A stretch of 64,000 nt of DNA, taken from Paramecium tetraurelia. Taxonomy: Eukaryota. The position numbers were made by a program, and so were the translations under genes. Shown piece by piece: positions 28,801 through 40,696 of the stretch. Each line of letters begins with the position of its first letter. The first letter of the stretch is position 1. The notes beneath the pieces are model-generated. The model searched no databases, was not told the origin of the DNA, and worked only from the letters and a program-made list of their open reading frames with translations. Where the stretch lies: assembly GCA_000165425.1 (NCBI GenBank), contig CT868307.1:186001-250000 (forward strand). The letters are read 5' to 3'.

Positions 28801-30506
28801 TAATTTTATTTTAGTTTATTGTGATGATAGAAAATCTTGAATAGTTTATTTTTGATATTCAAATTCTCTCAGTTAGATATGATGTTGTAGAACCGTATGA
28901 ATCCTTTTATGTCTCTCGCTTCTCGTAAGTCAATTATAGAGAGTAACAAGCTGGCGGCTTTATTAATATTTCTCAATATAATTAATTGACAGTATATCCA
29001 TTTGCTACATTCGAATTGATTTTTAATCATTTAAGAGATAGCATGTATAAAGTTTAATAAAGAGAAGAAATAGATTATTTATCAACGAATCAAAATATTA
29101 GTATTTACTTTTTAGAAAATGCCTATTAAGGGGAAATTAGAAATGTGACAATAAGATCATTAATTAGCATACTTATCAATTATCAATATGATTTTAAAAT
29201 AGGCCTGACAACAAAAGCTGTTGTATTCGAAAGTCCTTTTTTCTACTTCACTGCCAAAAATTACTTGACTATTAAATAAACTTTTGATGGATTAAATTAA
29301 ATTGTATTAGATGCTACATTATAGAGATCAACTCTAGAATAATAAAAATGGCTATCAGTTTTGTTGCCATTTTTAATTTTTAGCTTCCTTTTAAGTCTTG
29401 TAATAATATCACATTACAAAGATTATATTTCCATAATGCATAAGATATTCTTATATTTAATGAGCCTAGATTCAGTTATTATAGATGATGAAAAACAAAG
29501 ATTGCAAAAACACCTTAATATTATTAGTAATGAAATTAAAAAAATCAAAACATATGATTTTGATATTGAAGCCATAGATATAGAATTGGAATAATCTCAT
29601 CCCTCCAAGACTAGACATTTAATCAAAAAAGAACAAAAAAATGTTTATCTCTATAATAATGATTTAAAAAACTGTGTAATTATTACATCGTGCCATTTTA
29701 TTTTACAATTAACCTTTTTTTTGTCAATATTTCTTATCATATAAAGATATTTAGAAAAATATGAAAAAACTGCTGTTGTCTATTAACAGATTAGCGATTT
29801 AGGTGTAGATATCCCCACAATCTATGCTTAGAGAGAAGTTTTATATAGAAGAACATTAAGATACTTTTTTTTATCAGATCAAGAAATTGAAGGAATTTAT
29901 TAAGTATTATTTAAAGCTTATGATAAAGTTGAAGAATTTTCAAAATAAAATTTAGATTTTACTTCAGATTAATATTTATTCGATTAAAATGCCATTACGT
30001 TTTACAAGAATGTGAACGAAGGCAATTTGTGTGACTTTCAAACAGATTAATTTAAAGAGCTTTCCAAAACTATTTGCCCAGTAGTTATGAATGGGAATCT
30101 ATAGAAAGGGTTATCTTAGATTTTAGCTTATATTCTCTAAACAATCAAATCATAATAATACGAAACAAAAAATTTTACTTAATTACCCACTGACACAAAA
30201 CTTGAATTAGAAGGAGCAACAATCTTAGGAAATGTTATGTCAACAATAGTTTATAACTTATATCTTACATTACTTGATTCTTGTTAACTGTTAATGTTTT
30301 ATACTAAATTACCCTGCATCGCTTTCTTAACATTTTAGTCTATATGTTTTATTTTTTATACGTTGTTTGGAAATAAACGACACAAAAAGTAGTTTTAATC
30401 AATCAAACAAACTATATTTTTATTTCCAAGGCAGACATTAATATTTGATGAATTTTTTTATAGAAACTTCAAGTCCATAATAAAAGATGAAGGAATATCC
30501 TAATGA
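25834..30506 (+). CDS. Large multi-pass membrane protein with PAS-like domain (TmcB/TmcC-like family)
   Basis: N-terminal hydrophobic helices, Cys cluster CRSHYQTCDKRSYCIC, PAS-like INVFLPEYVIAFHRQLVESFLNNG, C-terminal TMs and GNLCD...ICPVVMNGNLQKGL; TGA at 30504-30506. Confidence 0.75.
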
Positions 30507-30620
30507 TTAAATTTACTGTGAATTTATACATAATTAGAATAATAATATTTGTCTACAATTAATAACAATTGAATTATAATATAAAAATAACATTATTTAT
30601 TAATAATTAATATTTTACGA

Positions 30621-33600
30621 TCACTTTTTCAATATTGAATTCAACAAGTACTATTTATTGCCCCCACTAATTCCATAAATTAAACATTGTGCTAAGTCGA
30701 AAAATCTAATAAATTTTTTTTTTCTTTAAAGTAAACAATTAAGTCCTTCACTTGATTTAAAGGTTGCTTTGCTTAATCCAAGCTTATTTACATACTTTTA
30801 TAATCTTCTTATAAATAAGTTAGATTTTTTTCTTTTACAATATTTTCCTATCTTAACTTAAAAAGTTCTGCTTGTAAATTTTAGGATTATTTTTCAAAGT
30901 CAGTATTACTTTTTTTCAGTTGATCAATTTCCGTTTGTTTCTGATTTTTTACAACCAAACTATCTTATTAAAACTTTTGAAAGCTTAATTTTAGATCATC
31001 ATATTCTTTTTGTTTTGTAGCAATTTTCGCCTCACTTTCTTTCTAAAATTTTTTTAAATTTTCATTAAGTTAATCATATTCTATTTGTTTTGCTGTTTTT
31101 TCAGCCAAACTTTCTTATTAAAATTTTTGAAAGCTTAATTTTAATTCATCATATTCTTTTTGTTTTGTAACATTTTTAGCCTCACTTTCTTTCTAAAACT
31201 TTTTTAAATTTTCATTAAGTTAATCATATTCTATTTGTTTTGCTGTTTTTTCAGCCATGCTTTCTTATTAAAATTTTTGAAAGCTTAATTATAGATCATC
31301 ATATTCTTTTTGTTTTGTAACATTTTTAGCCTCACTTTCTTTCTAAAACTTTTTTAAATTTTCATTAAGTTAATCATATTCTATTTGTTTTGCTGTTTTT
31401 TCAGCCAAACTTTCTTATTAAAACTTTTGAAAGCTTAATTTTAGTTCATCATATTCTTTTTATTTTGTATCGTTTTCAGCCTAACTTTCTTTATAAAACT
31501 TTTATAAGTTTTCATTTAGTTAATCAGATTCTTTTTGTTTTGCTATTTTTTCAAAACTTTCTTATTAAAACTTTTGTAAATTTTATTCTAGCTAAATCAG
31601 AGTTTAGCTTTATTAATTAAAATGCTTCTTAAAAATCTCTTGCTCCTACTAAAACTTTTGGAGTTACATATTAATTTGATGAATAATTTACCCCTCCTTA
31701 TTTTGTAAATCATTTTCATCTTTTTAAAGATTTTAATTATCAGAAGAAATGATGGTTTCATCATCATTTTTCTTTGATCCTTAATTGTTTATTCTTTGTT
31801 CATTTGTGTTTTATTGTTATGTATCTATTAACTATGATTCCTATATACTCTATTATTACTCCTCTTAGCATTATTATTAAGCATCGTTTTCAATTGATCT
31901 TTAATTACTTATCATTTGTTCATTTGTGCTTTATATTTCATTTTCCTTTAGAGTTTCAGTATTATTTTACTTTTATTCATCCTAGTCTTGTTGTTAATTA
32001 TTGATGTAGTTTTTATCTAATCCTTAATTGTTACTTAAGTTTGACTCTTCGAAATTCTATTATTAAATAGCAATATTTTTATTATTGATCTCATTTGAAG
32101 GGTACATATTTTGGTGCATTATCTCATTTTATTATTAACATTCTTGAATTTTATTTAGGTTGTTCTATTGAATTGTCAAAAATTGATCATCAAAATATTT
32201 CTTCTAATTTTCTAACAAATTTTAATTAATGTTTTCTAATTGGCTTTTATATTCTTCAATTTATTTTTTAAAATACTCTATTAACCTATCTTCTATATAA
32301 TTTTAGATATTGGGATTTATTATAGTTTCTTATTATTTGCATTATTATCCATTTATATTCAAAATGCTTTTTTCTAACTTGATTTCAAATTCTTATTACT
32401 ATTTTTGTAATTATGTTAAAAAATCATTTACTCTTTACTCTAATGGCTTATTCTCATTAGATTATTATTAACTTTAATTTTATTAAGATACTATTAGTTA
32501 ATTTTTTAATTATAAATTTTCTGATATAGAGCCTTCTATATTATTTATTTTATTTTTAATCTAGGATTCAAAATCTTTTTATTAATTTTATAATTAAATT
32601 TAAGCAGAATTCAATCTTTCTTCCATTTACTTTTTCTCATTACTTTATTATTCAACTTATTATTTTAAAGATACTATTAGTTAATCTTTGGATAATAACT
32701 TTTCTGCAATAGAGTTTTCTATATTACTTATTTTATTTTAAATCTTGGATTCAAAATCTTTTTATTAATTTTATTATTTAATTAAAGCAGAAGCCAAGTT
32801 TGCTTCCATTTACTTTTTCTCATTAATTTATTATTAAATTTATTTTTTTTATGATTCTATTTATTCATCTTTTTCTAATAGTTATTTTGTAATTTTAATT
32901 TCTAATTCAGAATATTTTCCTTCTAATTATTTCTATAAAGAATCAAATTATGGTTGTGTTTGTTGTAAATGTGACTTTATAAGAGTGTCCATTTTATTCT
33001 AGAATTCTAAATTAAACTATTATTAATTTTTATTTGTTTTGTCCATTTCTTAATATTTGTTATTTAATTGGCTTAATTCAACTTTCAAGGATTCTATTTA
33101 TTTATCAAATAATTCTTATTCACCTTCTGAAATTTATTAAATACCATTCCCAAATTATTATTCTAAATTTTTTTAATTTTTTTCTAAAATTTTAATTCTT
33201 TCAAAAATTCTTAAGATCTCAGCTTTTTCTTGAAGGCATGATTGCAATTCATTATAAACCTATTGAATTGTTGGTCGCTTAGCTTCCTCAAATGACAACA
33301 TATTAATTATAAGTTTTTTTATTTTTTCTGAAGTCTACAATTTATTAATTTTCTCATTTAGGTAACTTGGAAACTTACCATGATTTGTGATTTATGAGGT
33401 TACTTATTGGAAATTTTCTCCTAAAATTATAAAATATAATACCATCAATTAATGACTTAGATGTTAATACTTCATAAAAAACGCATGCCAATGACCAAAT
33501 GTCAATTTTATCAGTGTACTTATTGCTATTTTATATGATTTCTGGTGCTTAAAAGATTAAAGAGCCAACTTGCATTGTTTTTAAATCTGCAGGGTTTGAA

Positions 33601-34153
33601 CCCCTAACCCAACCAAAGTCAATTAACTTAAAAGTGTCCCCTACTAAGATGTAATTTTCTGGTTTAATATCTCGATGGATTTGTTTAACTTTATTATGTA
33701 AAAATAGTATTGGTTGAGTAATCTATTATGAAATTAAAATCTATTTACTTGAATCAAAACTTATTCTTTCTCTTCTTAAGCTATCTTGTTGGAAGTTATT
33801 TAATCATATAAACTTTTTTAACCAACTTCCATTACGATGCAATGGCATTACTACCATTCGAAATATTCATATATTTAGATTATGTTACTGGGAAGTTAAC
33901 TTTTATCGTTTCCCTTTTCATAGATCTATTGGTATTTTATTAATTATTGAATAAAATTGCTCTCATTGACTTTCATCTATTTTTGTACCTTGAGTGCAAA
34001 TTATTTAGAATTATCTCCCGGTCCTTATGCGATTGCAATATATACTGCTCCTTCTGTGCCAGATCCAAGAGGCTTAATTAATTTAAACACTCTATTTGGA
34101 AATTCGTTTGTCCTGGCGTCTATAACTTTATTGGTGAGTCCTTGAATATTCAT
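30621..34153 (-). CDS. Ser/Thr protein kinase with long repetitive coiled-coil tail
   Basis: [58 protein letters not shown]; same family as 4816-7170; TGA at 30621-30623. Confidence 0.92.
30951..31590 (-). repeat. Coding tandem repeat, 150-nt unit (2 x 75 nt; 25+25 aa), about 4.3 copies
   Basis: Units start near 30955, 31105, 31255, 31405, 31555 and encode FQKESEAKNVTKQKEYDDLQLSFQK / FQQESMAEKTAKQIEYDQLNENLKK. Confidence 0.9.
32440..32850 (-). repeat. Coding tandem duplication, 183-nt (61 aa) unit, about 2.2 copies
   Basis: ggattcaaaatcttttt at ~32564 and ~32747; KDFES...KDFES are 61 codons apart. Confidence 0.8.
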
Positions 34154-34510
34154 AAACTCTATTTCTATTAAAAAAAAAAATTAAAAAATAATTTAAAGTT
34201 ATTCAGAATTCTATTACAAATTTAAACCTAAATCAAAATGAAAAAGCCTGATTTAAATGTCATTACTTATTCATATAATTACAAGTAATATGATAGTTTT
34301 ATAATGATATAAACCTAGTCTTTTAGACTATTTTAATCTATTAATCATAATAATAAACCAATTAGAAATTTTATTAAATTAATGTATAATTGTATAGTTG
34401 AAGAAATTTGAATATAAAAATGAAGGTAAGCATATTCAAAGTAGTAATATCACTCTGTAATTTGTCATGAATATAAAATGTTTAATTATAAAATGCATGA
34501 TTAATGTGCC

Positions 34511-34517
34511 CGTTTTT
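34511..34517 (+). promoter_or_regulatory. CGTTTTT element 21 nt upstream of the second TMP ATG
   Basis: tgattaatgtgccCGTTTTT; shared with the other two TMP genes. Confidence 0.55.
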
Positions 34518-34538
34518 CACAATAATAAAATTAAAATA

Positions 34539-35665
34539 ATGAGAGCTCTTTTGACAATATGTTTAGTGGCTGCTGTATTTGCTGCAGATGCAAACAAATT
34601 CGCTGTTTTACTATAAACAGGAACAAGAGGAAATGATGCAGTCGAATCAGTATACAATCTTTTGAGAGATCTCAAAACAGAAAACGTTAATGTTTAAGCT
34701 GCTGCAGACAAGAAGAACAACACAGATGAAGGTAAAAAGTGAAATATCTTTAGAAATCTTCACTTAAGTGATTGGTGATTTGACAAATGTTGCCTCACTC
34801 AATAAACAATAATGGGAATCACTTGGAGCAGTTAGAGGTGATGTTGAAGCTTAAATTAGAGTATTTATTAATAAAATATAATTAGGATGGATATTAATGG
34901 TTATCATGGGCTGAATCAAGACTTGCTGAGATTGAAAGAAGAAATGCTTAACTTTAAGATTAAAGATGTTGGGCCAATGGACTTTTTGTCAAGTCTCTTG
35001 CTGATCATGCTGATGCTATTGGTGTTGTCTAACTTTTAGAATAAGATGTTGCTGGTTTTCTCACAAACAACGCTGGAGTTGAACTTGTTGAAAAGGCTGA
35101 AACCATTGCTGACAAATTATCTGCATATAGTCACCTTTTCTAATAAGATGCCCTTTAAAAATTCCAATCCCTTGCTGAAGTGAAAAGAGATGGAACAACT
35201 GGAGAATAAGTCCTTTAAATCTTATAAGACTTATAAGCCGAATTAGAATCTACTCTTGCAACACTCTAAGAGTAAGAAATCCATGCTGCCTTTGCTCTTG
35301 CCAAATACGTTTCAGATACAAATGCTGAAGTTGCCTGGTTGAACTCAGAACATGAAAGAAGAACAGGCCTTGTTGAAAAATTAGAAACTGTAATTGATAA
35401 ATCAATTTTCTTAGTAACTCCCAGCTGTTCTTGCCTAATAAGCCAAAGCTCTTAAATTATGGAAAGATTCTTTAAATGCAGTTGCCGGTGCCACTGCCGA
35501 TTTGGAAGAAAAGAGAGAATTCTATGCCTCTGAAACTGCTAGAAGATAAGGTATTTAAGTTAAAATTATTTTTTAGAGGAAAACGCTATCATCGATGTTG
35601 TTATACAACTCTTTAAAGATCAAGTTAGATCATTGGCTTCATAAACTTCTCTCAAGAGAAAGTGA
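34539..35665 (+). CDS. Trichocyst matrix protein precursor (third subfamily)
   Basis: Signal peptide MRALLTICLVAAVFA; acidic helical two-module precursor (LLQTGTRG-NDAVESVYNLLRDL...; EVKR-DGTTGEQVLQILQDL...; RRQEENAIIDVVIQLFKDQV); 4 small introns. Confidence 0.8.
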
Positions 35666-35710
35666 TCTGTTCACATTAATATAATAATATAAACAAATTC
35701 ATTTTTCAAT

Positions 35711-37207
35711 TCATATTATTTGCTACTCATCACTACTGTAATTTAAAATCTATTCTTAATTTCTTTCTCTTATTTCATTCATTTTTTCATAATCTTAATC
35801 GTCGTCCTCAAATTTAGCAGGAACAGATTCCTCAAGCTCAAATTTCAACTTTAATTTGTAAAGTTCAAGCAAAACTTTTCCTTCTTAATTCAAAATTTCT
35901 GATACGATCTCAAAAGTGTTTTTGGCTCCAATAAACCTCAATGATATTGGACAAATGTAAACACCTGGAATATCCATATAATAGGGACTTAACAATACCC
36001 CTTTTAAGCATTGATAAAACCTATAGAATGTGATATCATAAAAGAGAGTTCCATAATCATCAACCTCCTCTTTACATTACCTGCAAATCATCGATTCCGG
36101 ATCTATTATATGCTATAAATATTCAAAACTGGAATTCACAGTACAATTTAAAGAATGCAAGTATTTAAAAGAAGCAGGTTTTATCTAAAGACTATCAATA
36201 TTTCCCTTTGTAGGGTATTTTTATTTATATAAATTCTGCCAATATTCTTAGAACTCTTTTGTATTTTATTCTCTTTATTTTTCTTGAACTAAAATCAATC
36301 CTGAACTTATTTGATCATAAGGATAATAATCAAAAATATTCAAAGATATTTTATTGTTTTTTTCCAAATAATTTTCAAAATAACTTATGTTTTATCGTGT
36401 TTCTTTATAACGTTTGCTGTTCTATTCTACAAACTTTTCAAAATGCTGAGTGTTAAGATAATATGGTTTTTGATTATCTTATCTAATACAATTAAAATTC
36501 AATTAACTAGGAAAGATCTAAATTTACAATTTGGATTTTGCAAATTATGATAAAAGTTCTCTTATTTCAAATAAATATATCACTAGCTAATTTGAAATTT
36601 TATTGTATGATGATAGAAGCTTTTTCTATTAATCCCTATCAGCTTTTAATATTTAATCAAAATATGTGCTTTAATTAACTAGTGCTGGAGGAAGCATAAG
36701 TGTGTCAAATTTTAACCAAAAGGAGGGATACTCAAGTTCATTCTTTGTGACATAATCTATATCACTTATCAAATAACTATATACAAGATGCTTATTTAAT
36801 TCATCATACATATTCCATTTATATTGGTTAAATAGATCATGAGTAAATTAAAGATATTGCCATGCCAATTCTTACTTAATTTTGAGGTTAGCATTATTTG
36901 ATTATAGTAATTCCAAAATATTCTTTTATGATTCTATTTGATTAAAATTATCTAATGATTAGTATTACCTATCTTGTATTATATTAAGCATTTCGTTGAA
37001 TTCTTATTTTTCATTCCTGATATTTGCTCCTAAGTAGGTTTATAAAAACGGGTATTTTTCAATGTATGAAACATATAGCCCAAGAAATTCAACTTTTAAC
37101 TACAACGCTAATGTTATCCTGTTCTATAAATATCGAAGTTGGAACTAGTCGATAATTTTGATTATCTAGATAAGAAGACCTGGTGTGAGAAATTATGATT
37201 TTTTCAT
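35711..37207 (-). CDS. Hypothetical protein (~500 aa)
   Basis: Reads MKKSQFLTPGLLIQII... and ends ...YMDIPGVYICPISLRFIGAKNTFEIVSE...QQII TGA; both ends translated, middle not fully checked; no recognised motif. Confidence 0.65.
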
Positions 37208-37523
37208 TAATTATGTTTAATAATGATGATGTTGGGTTAAAAATTAATTTTTTTGTTTTTAATAATAATATTTCACAATTTCTTATAGAATAGATGTAGA
37301 AGGTGAAATACAATATTTGAATATTTTAAAATACAAAAAATATTCTACTCAATAATTTTATTTTTCAAACATAAACAATAAAATCTATTCTGACATCAAA
37401 TAGAATATTCATTATGTATTTGTTTTCGAAAATTAATTGTTTTAAATACCTTCATATAAGAATGCATGTATTCAGAATTATCGAAACAATTTAAAACTAA
37501 AATATATGTAAAATTATTCTAAC

Positions 37524-39239
37524 TCAATTAATCATCATTTTTAATAAATGCAAAGAATCATTAATTCTATATCTAAGAGGATTTATGCAAAATAATCGAA
37601 CAGTTTCATCATTATTCATTTACTCCAAACACTCCAGGATAAAATTATGTCCTTGCCCATTTTGAAGAAGACTTTAACTATTACCTGTGAAGATTGAGTA
37701 ATTATTGCTTGAGATTAAATAGTTAGTAGTAAGAATATTATATTACAGTTTTTCATTATAAGTTGATAACTGTATATTATAGCCTTTGATACAACTAATG
37801 TCTTTATTTATTAAATTCATCAAGGTTTTTTTGATCTGTGGGTTTTAAGTCATCTGAAGTTAATCGTGAAAAAATTATTTAATGTAGTAATATGGATCTG
37901 TAAGAGATTGTTAAATTAATAACTACAATTGATGAAATATAACTTCAGGAGCTTGTAAGTGACACTCTTGTTAATATAAAGCAACTTCTTAATTTTGCAT
38001 ATTGAAGGGCAATTATCTGAACACATCTGATTTGCTAATGGATCCATGAATGGCATATGATACTTTAATAGATAGCACATTTGACTGTAGTTGCAAGATC
38101 ATAGATCTGATTAATTGTTCTACAATTTTCTTTTTAGAAGTGCTTTTACCACCAATGATCATGAAGTTTTTTTGGAATTTATTTTGGCTATAAAAACTAT
38201 CTATTTCGTTAAATGTAGTGATGAGGTTGTTTTTGAATGTATAAGTTTTATATGAGCATTAGTTACGACATTTATCTTCTTAATTCACTCTTATTTTATT
38301 TTTACCCATTAATTAAATGATGGAGGAATTACTGAGTCTTGAGAATAGACAAAACAGATAATCATTTGATTAGCCCTATTAAATGTTAACATTGTTGCTG
38401 TTCTCAATTTTTCTACCTTATTATTTAGCTTTATTTTTCCATTTAATATATGAATTAGATATTTTTTGATCGCATTGAGATTTAGGACTCAGATTCTATT
38501 GCTTTTCTATAACATAATTGCTGAAATTTCTAATTTTGGAGGTGTGATTGACAGAATTATTTGTGTATATATGGGACAATTTTTAATGCATTGTTTCTAA
38601 GGTTTTGGAACTTATAATGGAAGGATTGTTGCTTCTATTTCTGCCTGAACTAACACTATCGCAAAGCTATAAGTTAATAAACTTAATACTTTTAATTCAT
38701 TTTTAACAGTCTCAATCTAATTTTTAATAAAGTTTAACTCCTTATAAATCTACTCATCAATCTATATTTTGATATTTGTATAGCAATACGTGACTAATTT
38801 CTTGTCTCTTTGAATCATTATAGGCTATATCATTTTCTGCTTTTAATGCAATTATTCTATTCAAATAATATTCATCATCTTATTCATTGATTTTGAATCT
38901 GAAATGCCTGCCTTCGCTTGCTATTCTTTTAATTTCATTTTTTCTTTGATTCATCAATTATTCCTTATTGATATGAACTGCCTTTTTATTTGAAGGACTG
39001 TACAAATTCATTAATAAATAATTAGCAGTTATTAATAAAATAACAATTGGCGTTTAAGCTGTAAAATAAACAAAGGCCATAGCATTTTTATTTGATTGTA
39101 ATATGATTAGGTTGTTGTTTAGAAGTTTGTAGCCCGTTTTAGGATAGTATGAGAGTTGCTTGGTGGAGACAGAAGGAAAAGATTTAAGTTAGAATTTTTA
39201 ATGAATAGAAACAAATTATAGATTAATATTACAAGACAT
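37524..39239 (-). CDS. Hypothetical protein with degenerate C-terminal kinesin-motor-like region
   Basis: Open frame with 2 small introns. C-terminal half reads NDYLFCLFSR..KIRVN..KTYTF..NFMIIGGKSTSKK..VRLFCINPLRYRINDSLHLLKM. Alternative start at 39011. Confidence 0.6.
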
Positions 39240-39396
39240 TCAATGAATAAATTAATTTGTTTTTTTTTAAATTCTTAAGTTTTAGAGAGTGTAAGTTCTT
39301 TTCGAGAAGAATTTTTGAAATAATAAATTTTCTATTATTAATGAAGGGTTCGCAAATTATGTATTTTAATTAATCAATATATAAATGGAAAGTATT

Positions 39397-39403
39397 CGTT
39401 TTT
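39397..39403 (+). promoter_or_regulatory. CGTTTTT element 26 nt upstream of the T1 TMP ATG
   Basis: agtattCGTTTTTgac; shared with the other two TMP genes. Confidence 0.55.
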
Positions 39404-39429
39404 GACTTTTTTAATAATAATAACAAAAT

Positions 39430-40640
39430 ATGTTAAAAGTAGCAGTCTGCACATTGCTCGTTCTTAGCATAACAGCAATTGATATCAAAGCTTCAGTTTG
39501 GACAAGTCATGACTAAAAAATGTTTGCCCAAATCAAATAATCAGGATGGGGAAACTTTATCTTGAATTTTGGTGAGCTCCATTTATCAACAGGTGGTATC
39601 CTTTCAGAACTCAACACAGAAATTGCCAAACTTGTATCATAATGTGTCTATCTAGATTGATGAATTGGATGTGGAATTAGCAGAAGTCCATCATTAATAT
39701 GCAAGAAGAACAGATGTTCACAACAGAGAAGTAGCAAGACTTGAATAAGAAATCTAAGATAAAGAAAGAGGTAATACTATGATAAAAATCATCATTAGAG
39801 GTGTTCAACGCTCACGATTTCTATGATAACGTCCTCATCCCATAAAGAGATAGATTCGCTGCACAACTTGAATAATTATAAGACAACATTGCTTAAAACA
39901 GAAGAACACTGAACGAGGCAACAGTCTAAAGAGCCAATGATCATGCTGAGTTTGAAGCTTAGGTTGCTGAACACAACGAAGCCATCAGTGCCATTGATGA
40001 ATCACTTGGTTTACTCAGTCAATTATCAGCACCATCACTCGTCTAAGTCTAAAAGGTTTAGAAGAATTTGACAAAAATCTAATAAAGCCTCAAGAGACAC
40101 AGCACTTTCTAAACATTCATCAAGACTCTTATTGAAATCGCTGTCGAAGCCAACTTCGCTGATTAAGGAGCTCTTAAAGAAGTAATTAATCATATAGATT
40201 TTATTAAAGATTCTTGTTGCCTTCAACAACTTGAGAGTTTAATTAGTTGATTCACTTAACACAATCACAGCCGACGAAGCTGAAGCCTAAAAGGATTTCG
40301 AGGCTAGAGTTATTCAATTGAACTAAGAACATGCTGAATTCCAAAGAGCAGTAGTTGTCAAAACAGCTGAAATTGAAGCTAATGCCAGTATTTATTTTAA
40401 TTATATGTAGCCAAAATCGAATAAACCCTTGATTTGATTGATGAATTACATGCAGATTTGGATACATTGAATGGATAATTGTAAGCTGAAAACGACGACT
40501 TTGCTTTCGCCACCGATGTTTACAATGCCACCGTTGCCGAATACAACAAAGAATTGAATGCTGCTCACCAAGCCTTGGATTTATTAAATTAACCAAGATT
40601 CACCGATTATGTTAAATCATAACTCAAGGGTGCATTCTGA
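39430..40640 (+). CDS. T1: Trichocyst matrix protein T1-family precursor
   Basis: [83 protein letters not shown] closely matches the recalled Paramecium T1 TMP; 4 introns of 22-28 nt. Confidence 0.93.
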
Positions 40641-40696
40641 CCTTATTAAATAAAAGTTAAACAAATTCATTTTTATATCAAATTTCTTTAACTATC

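Noticed and set aside
30951..31590. Regular repeat array as possible CRISPR or satellite
   Set aside because: No unique spacers; the unit is a multiple of 3 and lies in frame within a kinase CDS of a eukaryote.
38845..38865. Apparent in-frame TGA suggesting readthrough or selenocysteine
   Set aside because: It disappears once the 28-nt intron at ~38762-38789 is spliced and the correct frame is used.
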